Positions 57,490 to 64,000 of a stretch of DNA of 64,000 bases are shown here, piece by piece. The notes below the pieces were generated by a model. That model had not been told where the DNA came from. It was given only the letters and a program-made list of their open reading frames with translations, and searched no databases. This DNA is from a virus: positions 41,815 through 105,814 of IMG/VR virus record IMGVR_UViG_3300021964_000024; one strand, given 5' to 3'. Made by a program: the position numbers and the translations under genes. The stretch's first letter is position 1. Each line of letters starts with the position of its first letter.

Positions 57490-58423
57490 CATCATCTCCA
57501 AATGTAATGTTGTTTACTTTTTCACGTTCATCTAGATCATATTGTACACGATAAGCACTATTAATGTCAAGCACTTTTTGCAACAAATCGAAATTATTTT
57601 CCTTACCACGAGTTTCGGAAAACTTTAAAAACGCCATTGTGTCCTTTGGTAGACACGCACCACCGAACCCACGTTTCTTATCGGGGCCGGGCACTCGTGT
57701 ATGTTTTACTCCAATACGATCATCTGCACCCATTGCACGAGTAATCATATTGTAACTGCAGTCAAATGAATCCACCACATCCTTCAGTTGATTGAAGAAG
57801 GTCAGTTTGGTTGCAAGATATGCATTGGTTGCATACTTGACAAATGACGCTTCACAACCAGACATGCGGTAATACTTATCTGATTTACAGTTAGAAAAAA
57901 TATCATAGATCTGTGAAATTTCATCACATGCTTTCTGTGTACCACCAAACACATGATGTTCCGCATTTACAAAATCCTCACATGCGGATTTCTCTGTCAG
58001 GAACTCAGGGTTATAACAGAACCGATCATAGTCTTGTGGTTCGATAGAGTTGTACAGTCGGTCTACAATGTCTGGTGTGATTGTTGATTTCACAACAACA
58101 AATGCGTTAGTGTGGTAGATCAACTTCAGTACTGCATCTTCTACAATAGACGCATCTACGAATCCGCTGTCAGGGTTCTGAGGTGTCGGTGCACATACAA
58201 ATACAATCTGAGGTTTCCAATCGATGAGATCGTCTACACTTGTATTGTAAATAGGATCTACCAAGAAGTGTTCAATCATAGGATGATAGAATGCATACTC
58301 TACTGCTTTACCTACGAAACCATGACCCACGATACCCATTTTCAACGGGTTGTTGGGGTTGATAGGTTCTGGTGTTCCTTCGGTAGGTTTCTCAGGAACG
58401 AACTCATCAAAATTATCTGCCAT
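57422..58423 (-). CDS. UDP-glucose/GDP-mannose dehydrogenase-like
   Basis: GHGFVG, KSTI.P, NPEFL, GFGGACLPKD. Confidence 0.9.
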   Translation of the reverse strand: MADNFDEFVPEKPTEGTPEPINPNNPLKMGIVGHGFVGKAVEYAFYHPMIEHFLVDPIYNTSVDDLIDWKPQIVFVCAPTPQNPDSGFVDASIVEDAVLKLIYHTNAFVVVKSTITPDIVDRLYNSIEPQDYDRFCYNPEFLTEKSACEDFVNAEHHVFGGTQKACDEISQIYDIFSNCKSDKYYRMSGCEASFVKYATNAYLATKLTFFNQLKDVVDSFDCSYNMITRAMGADDRIGVKHTRVPGPDKKRGFGGACLPKDTMAFLKFSETRGKENNFDLLQKVLDINSAYRVQYDLDEREKVNNITFGDDDVNNGQTEEELKTQGNGSTVGE

Positions 58424-59354
58424 TATGATACTCCACATACCAATCGTAAAAATTCTTAATACCCACACTCACGTCAGTGTGAGGGTGATAACCCAGTGCT
58501 TCTAGTTTAGAAGTGTTTGAATATGTTTCTAGTGTGTCTGCAGGATGTTTAGGTTGCATGTCATATATTGCAGACTTACCAACATTCTTCTCAATCTCTT
58601 TAATGAAGTCCATCAACTGAACTGGACTACCTCTACCGATATTGTAGATCTCTCCAGAAGGTGCGTCCTCAAACAATACACACAGAATACCATCTATGAT
58701 GTCATCAACGTAGGTAAAGTCACGTTTCATGTCTCCGTAGTTGAACACAGTAATCGGTTCATCTGCAATAATGTTCTTGGTGAAACTAAACAGTGCCATG
58801 TCAGGTCTTCCCCAAGGGCCATATACAGTAAAGAAACGTAGACCCACATTATTCAAACCGGATGCTTGGAACTGACATTCATTAGTCCACTTAGACCAAC
58901 CGTATGGGTTCAACTGCTTACCTGTTTCTTTACCCTCAGTCCACGGTAACTCAGATCCCGCAAAGACACAAGAGGTTGATGCATACACGATGCGTACATT
59001 AGGTAAATGCTTCTTACATAGATCAATCAGGTTTTGAGTTCCGTCGATATTGTTCTCATGGTATTGTTTCTCTTTACCAAACGAGTCACGTACACCCGCA
59101 TGTGCGGCAAGGTGAATGATATCTGTGGGTTGATGTTTAACCAGAAACTCTTCTAGGTGATACGAGTTACGAATATCAACATATCTGACATCGATGTCAA
59201 AGTGATTTACCCTATCCTTTTTTAGTGTGGGTGAATACAGGTGATCATTAAAGTTGTCTAACCCAATCACCTTCTCTCCTGCATTGTACAGTGTGTTCAT
59301 CAACTGAGATCCGATAAATCCCGCTGCTCCTGTAATTAAAAACTTTCTATCCAT
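58413..59354 (-). CDS. NAD-dependent epimerase (UDP-glucuronate 4-epimerase-like)
   Basis: GAAGFIG, Y..SK, RFFTVYGPWGRPDMA. Confidence 0.92.
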   Translation of the reverse strand: MDRKFLITGAAGFIGSQLMNTLYNAGEKVIGLDNFNDHLYSPTLKKDRVNHFDIDVRYVDIRNSYHLEEFLVKHQPTDIIHLAAHAGVRDSFGKEKQYHENNIDGTQNLIDLCKKHLPNVRIVYASTSCVFAGSELPWTEGKETGKQLNPYGWSKWTNECQFQASGLNNVGLRFFTVYGPWGRPDMALFSFTKNIIADEPITVFNYGDMKRDFTYVDDIIDGILCVLFEDAPSGEIYNIGRGSPVQLMDFIKEIEKNVGKSAIYDMQPKHPADTLETYSNTSKLEALGYHPHTDVSVGIKNFYDWYVEYHNGR

Positions 59355-60288
59355 TTCTGTATATGTACTCCAGTGCTCTGTCTGCCTCTACGATCAGTGG
59401 ACGATTCTCATACCAGTTACCTGTCTCACGATCAAACTCCTTACACATATCTGCAATTTGATTTGCGGTGATAGGGTAACCCTTCTCGAATGCACGTCCG
59501 GCAATCGCAATCATTATTTGATACATCTTGTGATACCAACCTGTACCAGTAATCGACTGATACTCTGCACCCAGTTTACGTGGCCAGAACGGACAGTCTC
59601 TATAGGATATCCAATTGATGTCAGTGTTATTTAGTTGATTCTTACGATACTCAATTATCTCTTTCTGCATCTCTGGTGGTAGTCGATCTAGGAATGAGTT
59701 GCCTGTCTTCTCTACATACGGATACTTAGCAATTAACTCAGAGACGTTTAGTGCGTCACCTGAGTTAGTAAAAAAGAAACTGAATGCGTCAGGATATATT
59801 GCAGGTACATAATACATACGTGCAAGATCCTTAGTTTGCGGATCTCCTATCTCACCCAGTTCTGTGTTCAGTGCATACCAGAATGGTTTGATGCGTTCGT
59901 TCTCAATGTGTTCGTCCAGTCTAAAGACGATGCGGAACTTTGGTATGTCCTCACGGGAACTCGCAGTGTTGTATACCACATAGTCCAAGTGACCAAACTT
60001 CTCCCGCAACGATTCTTCTAGAGATAGAACATCATGAGGAAAAACATGATCGTCCACATCAACAGCACACCAACCAGCCCAACATACAGTAGATTTATTA
60101 CTACGTGTGCTATCGGTTTGAAAAATAGCAGGAGTAATAAGAGGACTAGAATTATTTCCACCCTTCTCTCCTTTTTGTTGTGACAACCCACGCAACAACG
60201 CAACGAGTTCATCCCAGTCTGAGAGTGACACTCGCCGGTGCGTTTTGTTGTCAAATTGATTTTTGAATATCGTTAATTCGTATCGCAT
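59347..60288 (-). CDS. primase-polymerase (AEP-like) protein
   Basis: VDVDD, TASS, KFRIV, D...KD..RMYYVP. Confidence 0.7.
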   Translation of the reverse strand: MRYELTIFKNQFDNKTHRRVSLSDWDELVALLRGLSQQKGEKGGNNSSPLITPAIFQTDSTRSNKSTVCWAGWCAVDVDDHVFPHDVLSLEESLREKFGHLDYVVYNTASSREDIPKFRIVFRLDEHIENERIKPFWYALNTELGEIGDPQTKDLARMYYVPAIYPDAFSFFFTNSGDALNVSELIAKYPYVEKTGNSFLDRLPPEMQKEIIEYRKNQLNNTDINWISYRDCPFWPRKLGAEYQSITGTGWYHKMYQIMIAIAGRAFEKGYPITANQIADMCKEFDRETGNWYENRPLIVEADRALEYIYRNG

Positions 60289-60295
60289 GTATTCA

Positions 60296-61093
60296 TTATA
60301 ACAGATCACATAGTACTTTGTCAAGCTGATCAGGATTTGATATCAGGGCACGTGCAAACAACTGGACTAGAGTGTTATTGATTCTGTACTTGATCCACCC
60401 ATCTGTCGCACTCTTAAAGTACTGGTTAGCGTTCTTGGTGTGAGTCCAGAGTCCACGTTGCAATGCGTTCGCAGTTCTACCTCCGTATCTGACCTCCATG
60501 ATATAGTCACCGTACCTATCATAGAACCTATAGACCGGATGCTTTCTTCCAGACCCAGACTCAAGTAGTCGTATGTATCTGGTATTCAACTCTGCCTTTC
60601 TTGCATTGAAAACAAGAATGTTGCACTCTAGTTTATTCTCCTTGTAGATCAAGGGTAGGACATTCATCTTACCGAAGTGACTGAACGCTTCGTGATCAAA
60701 GACATCCTTAATTTCTTCTGGATCAGTAATCTCTGATCCGTAGGATTCTAGTAATGGAAACATGAGACATTCTTTGTCAGTAGACAATTGCAGTGGCCCG
60801 TCTCCGTATGCCTTCAGACTGATAGGGAACTCATCGTAGTTATCAGTATTCGTTACTATCACGTCCTCTTCGTGTCCCTTAGAACGGAACAACTCTTTAC
60901 CCACATGGATACAGTTGTATCCTTTCATGTGTTCGTTGATGAACTCAGTGATCGCAACTTCTGCAAGGTCACCATGGGTCTTGTTACCAATGACCCGCAT
61001 GGTAAAGATATTACTCAGGGTATCGGTTAGTTCTTTTTTCTTATATTTGGATAAGGATAACAGGTCTTCATTAAATTTAGTAAATGCACTCAT
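60296..61093 (-). CDS. type II restriction endonuclease-like protein
   Basis: GDLAE...EEDVIV...ISLK (PD-(D/E)xK variant). Confidence 0.55.
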   Translation of the reverse strand: MSAFTKFNEDLLSLSKYKKKELTDTLSNIFTMRVIGNKTHGDLAEVAITEFINEHMKGYNCIHVGKELFRSKGHEEDVIVTNTDNYDEFPISLKAYGDGPLQLSTDKECLMFPLLESYGSEITDPEEIKDVFDHEAFSHFGKMNVLPLIYKENKLECNILVFNARKAELNTRYIRLLESGSGRKHPVYRFYDRYGDYIMEVRYGGRTANALQRGLWTHTKNANQYFKSATDGWIKYRINNTLVQLFARALISNPDQLDKVLCDLL

Positions 61094-61634
61094 ATAGTCT
61101 CATCTCCCCAACTCCACCGCCTTTGAAGTCTGTGCGGTATGGGTAGTTTTTTATAAATCTCAAACGTTCTTCATCTTCAAAAATTCTGACCACCATATCA
61201 ACTTGTGGTAACTCCGTATTGTCATACAAGACATACTTCGCACCTAGTCGAAACGCAACGATAGTATCATCGATCACATTTTGTTTATCATGATTACCAT
61301 CGACAAACACTAGGTCAAACTCTTCACCTTTCACCCTATCTAAAATTTTAGGTGACGGTACAAGATGCACTGTCACGTTAGGGTACTTCTCCATCACTAC
61401 CTCACCATACTCACGTCCTCGTGGATGGTCAGGACAACAGGATATAATTTTGCAGTCCGGATGGAAATGCTCTGCCATGTAACTGGTAGAGTGTCCTGCA
61501 TAAAATCCAATCTCTAATACACTCATGGGGTTTACCACTTCACGTATATGCTTCAGTGCATCGAAGATGTGTTTGTTTGCGGGTAGATAACCCCACCCAT
61601 CTTCTTTCCACATCAAGTGTTCAAAATTATCCAA
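61077..61634 (-). CDS. class I SAM methyltransferase (Methyltransf_24-like)
   Basis: LEIGFYAGHS, FVDGNH; TTG start. Confidence 0.8.
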   Translation of the reverse strand: MDNFEHLMWKEDGWGYLPANKHIFDALKHIREVVNPMSVLEIGFYAGHSTSYMAEHFHPDCKIISCCPDHPRGREYGEVVMEKYPNVTVHLVPSPKILDRVKGEEFDLVFVDGNHDKQNVIDDTIVAFRLGAKYVLYDNTELPQVDMVVRIFEDEERLRFIKNYPYRTDFKGGGVGEMRLYECIY

Positions 61635-62022
61635 AGAAATCCTCCAAGGACGGTTGTTTTTGACCAGTTACGAATTCAAGAAATCCACTTTCCGAAACGT
61701 CTTTAATAAAAAGTGACTCCCAATTAGTAGAACCATCTTTGTTCAATCGATACCAGTGTTTAATATCTCGATCTTCTCGATATTTTTTCATAGAGTGATT
61801 GTCGGTGTTCCACGCATTTTTCACAGACCAGTAGACACCATCTACAATGTAGTCAACACCTTCCGGTCTGTTTTTATCCCTACCAACAAAGATAACATTA
61901 TCTGGCAATTTAGAATTTATATAATCTTCCAACAAACGTCCAACGTTCTGTTGCAGTAAACGAATTCTTTTGTACACTTCGATATCCGATTTAGTAAAAA
62001 ATTTTTCTATAATACTATCCAA
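61627..62022 (-). CDS. SinI-like restriction endonuclease with C-terminal clamp-binding motif
   Basis: [25 protein letters not shown]; ends SLEDFFG; TTG start after GGAGG inferred. Confidence 0.6.
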   Translation of the reverse strand: MDSIIEKFFTKSDIEVYKRIRLLQQNVGRLLEDYINSKLPDNVIFVGRDKNRPEGVDYIVDGVYWSVKNAWNTDNHSMKKYREDRDIKHWYRLNKDGSTNWESLFIKDVSESGFLEFVTGQKQPSLEDFFG

Positions 62023-62034
62023 AGAAATCCTCCA
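61628..62034. repeat. 19-bp direct repeat flanking the nuclease gene
   Basis: TATCCAAAGAAATCCTCCA at 61628-61646 and 62016-62034. Confidence 0.9.
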
Positions 62035-64000
62035 GTGTCGCCTTGGGTTCTGCAACCCAACCCACCGCATCCAGAATGGGTGTAATAGGATCAATGAATG
62101 TCTTATCGAACATCATATCATAATTTATGTGATCATGCAACCCCAGTTCTTTCGGAAGGTTCAGGGGAAACGATACCACGTTCTCACCCAGACGGTTGGG
62201 CATTTTCAGATAGACGAACTTGATCTTCTCTCCGTTCTTGACCATCTCGTACCTACGTTCTAGGGCATTCTCCTTGATCGCACTGTTGTACATTAACGCA
62301 CCACGCACGTGAATGGGGGTGCCTTTCTTGTACACAGCGGTACGGTCTTCCCATTTGTCAACGTCCGATACTCCACGAGGAAACGAGATGTCTTCGGGTG
62401 GAAGGTTCTTGAATTGGGACTTAAAGTCTGAAATGAACCGTTGTGTTTCTAATTCTGTACCTTGGACTAGTATATGAAACAGTTCTTTCATTTTATCCCG
62501 CACCACCGAAGGTGTGGACGATTTGATTGCTTCAATACCCATCATCTTGAGTTTGGGTTCTGCGTACTGGACACCCTCATTGTTGTGGACGTTGAGGATG
62601 TATCGTTTCTTTGCCATCCAGATACCACGATCTGCAATAACCTCACGACCCATCTCCATGCGATTTTCATACGCACCCGTCACAGTCGCCATGCTCTGAT
62701 ATGATTTCTCTAGAACTTTCTCGAAGTGTTCACTGCAGATCTTGTCTAGAAACCCAACAGGATTCTTGGGAGAAAAATGATCAACGAGATCCCCCATACG
62801 AATATAAAGAGAATCGGTGTCAATTGCAACAACGTAGTCCTCATCTGTCTTGAGAAGATTTTGCATCTCATTATTCACTGCCCTCTCTGCCCATTTGATT
62901 GCGAGTTGTCCCGCAAGAGTAATCGACTCCGCAACACGTTGATCGAAGTAACGAAACCATCGGTTACCCAACGCACCATAGAGTGAGTTCATCAAGATCT
63001 TGATCGCCATCTGATTGTTGTTGAGTGACGTGATCTTGTATTCTAATTCCTTGGAAGGATTCTTCTGGTACTCTGTCTGTAGCTTCAGCATCTGATCCTT
63101 GATCACTCGACGTTCAGAGTAGTACTCCTTAATCACGGAAGGTACGACACCCTCACGTTCATGAGTAAACTTAGAACCAGTCGGTGCAACAGAGTAACCT
63201 ACATCTCCGACATTGACAGACCCGTCAAGGAACTTCTCTACTGACACATCATGTATGAATCCATCCATGACAGTCTCAGGCGACATATTGTACTGGACAA
63301 TGATATTCGGGTACAGGGAGTTCAGGTCGAATGAGGTAACCCAATCGTGTGATCCAACCTGCGGATCCTTGACATACCCGCCGGGGTATGCAGTCTTGGG
63401 TTTCTCGACCTTGGGTGGTACAACGATCTTCCTCTTGTTTAGAATACGATAGATGATCGAATCCCAGATTGCAGTCGTACCCAGAGTATCACCATAGTTC
63501 ACACCACCACGATATGCCATGGTCAGAACCAGAGAGATCAGGTCAAGCTTCTCATCGATCTTGTGTACCAACTCCACGTCCTTGACGTTGTAGTCAATGA
63601 ACTTCTGGTAGTCTTCCTTGTGCAAGGTGTATAGGTTACCGTGTTCCTCATACGAGAGTTTACGTTCACCCAGTACCACGTTCGCAATGTTGTCCAGTCG
63701 ATAGGACTCTTGTTGACCCAGAGTATTCAGGGTGAACTTCTTGAAGACCTCAAGGTAGTCGAGGTGCTCGACACCCTCAATCACAAAGTACTGATTGGGT
63801 TTACCGTTGATAGTGATGTTACGATCCTGCACCAGACCCCAAGGACTGAGGCGGCTGGACATCTTGGTATCACCAGTGATCTTGTACATACGGTTGATCA
63901 GATATGGAATATCGAAGAACCGTGTGTTCCACCCAGTAATAATATCAGGAGTATGCATCTCCCAGAACCGGACGAACTTCTGCAACAGATCGAACTCGTT
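62015..64000 (-). CDS. 43: family B DNA polymerase (T4 gp43), 5'-partial
   Basis: [24 protein letters not shown]; C-terminal TLEDFFG; frame open to the window end. Confidence 0.97.
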   Translation of the reverse strand, partial: NEFDLLQKFVRFWEMHTPDIITGWNTRFFDIPYLINRMYKITGDTKMSSRLSPWGLVQDRNITINGKPNQYFVIEGVEHLDYLEVFKKFTLNTLGQQESYRLDNIANVVLGERKLSYEEHGNLYTLHKEDYQKFIDYNVKDVELVHKIDEKLDLISLVLTMAYRGGVNYGDTLGTTAIWDSIIYRILNKRKIVVPPKVEKPKTAYPGGYVKDPQVGSHDWVTSFDLNSLYPNIIVQYNMSPETVMDGFIHDVSVEKFLDGSVNVGDVGYSVAPTGSKFTHEREGVVPSVIKEYYSERRVIKDQMLKLQTEYQKNPSKELEYKITSLNNNQMAIKILMNSLYGALGNRWFRYFDQRVAESITLAGQLAIKWAERAVNNEMQNLLKTDEDYVVAIDTDSLYIRMGDLVDHFSPKNPVGFLDKICSEHFEKVLEKSYQSMATVTGAYENRMEMGREVIADRGIWMAKKRYILNVHNNEGVQYAEPKLKMMGIEAIKSSTPSVVRDKMKELFHILVQGTELETQRFISDFKSQFKNLPPEDISFPRGVSDVDKWEDRTAVYKKGTPIHVRGALMYNSAIKENALERRYEMVKNGEKIKFVYLKMPNRLGENVVSFPLNLPKELGLHDHINYDMMFDKTFIDPITPILDAVGWVAEPKATLEDFFG

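Noticed and set aside
60296-61634. Classical restriction-modification pair
   Set aside because: The methyltransferase lacks DNA MTase catalytic motifs and resembles the paralogue at 26208-26825
1900-63452. Numerous plus-strand and nested ORFs in the six-frame track (e.g. 44541-45278, 38468-38932, 18488-18919)
   Set aside because: Antisense or out-of-frame shadows of well-supported minus-strand genes, with no recognisable motifs
1-64000. Stop-codon reassignment or tRNA genes
   Set aside because: Core genes are intact in the standard code and all three stop codons are used; no cloverleaf seen by eye (tRNAscan not run)
22654-64000. Introns or inteins in nrdA, nrdB, thyX, 41, uvsX, 43
   Set aside because: ORFs are continuous, of normal length, and show no intein motifs

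Overview
This is a 64-kb segment of a T4-like myovirus genome, probably marine and infecting a heterotrophic proteobacterium (host is inference). Nearly all genes are on the minus strand and use the standard code. Core genes: DNA polymerase gp43 (runs off the window end), UvsX, gp41 helicase, ThyX, NrdA (glutaredoxin-fused) and NrdB, PhoH, lysozyme, i/o-spanins, bS21 and PanD. The window also carries many glycosyltransferases and tailoring enzymes, TATAAATA late promoters and a family of repeated sigma70 early-promoter cassettes. Four observations stand out. (1) A strict sequence rule: I saw no GGWCC, and every CCNGG/GGNCC I checked overlaps GCC/GGC, including those forced by Pro-Gly and Gly-Pro codons; orphan restriction-endonuclease-like genes sit next to gp43. 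(2) One of these, a SinI-like nuclease, ends in a 19-bp copy of the gp43 clamp-binding C-terminus. (3) A late gene block whose proteins share a T4 internal-protein-like N-terminal capsid-targeting motif includes ligase-like, nucleotidyltransferase and nuclease enzymes; a kinase elsewhere in the window carries the same motif. (4) A late operon of six exported proteins resembles a minimal pilus/pore apparatus. All family calls come from motif recognition by eye; no database searches were run.
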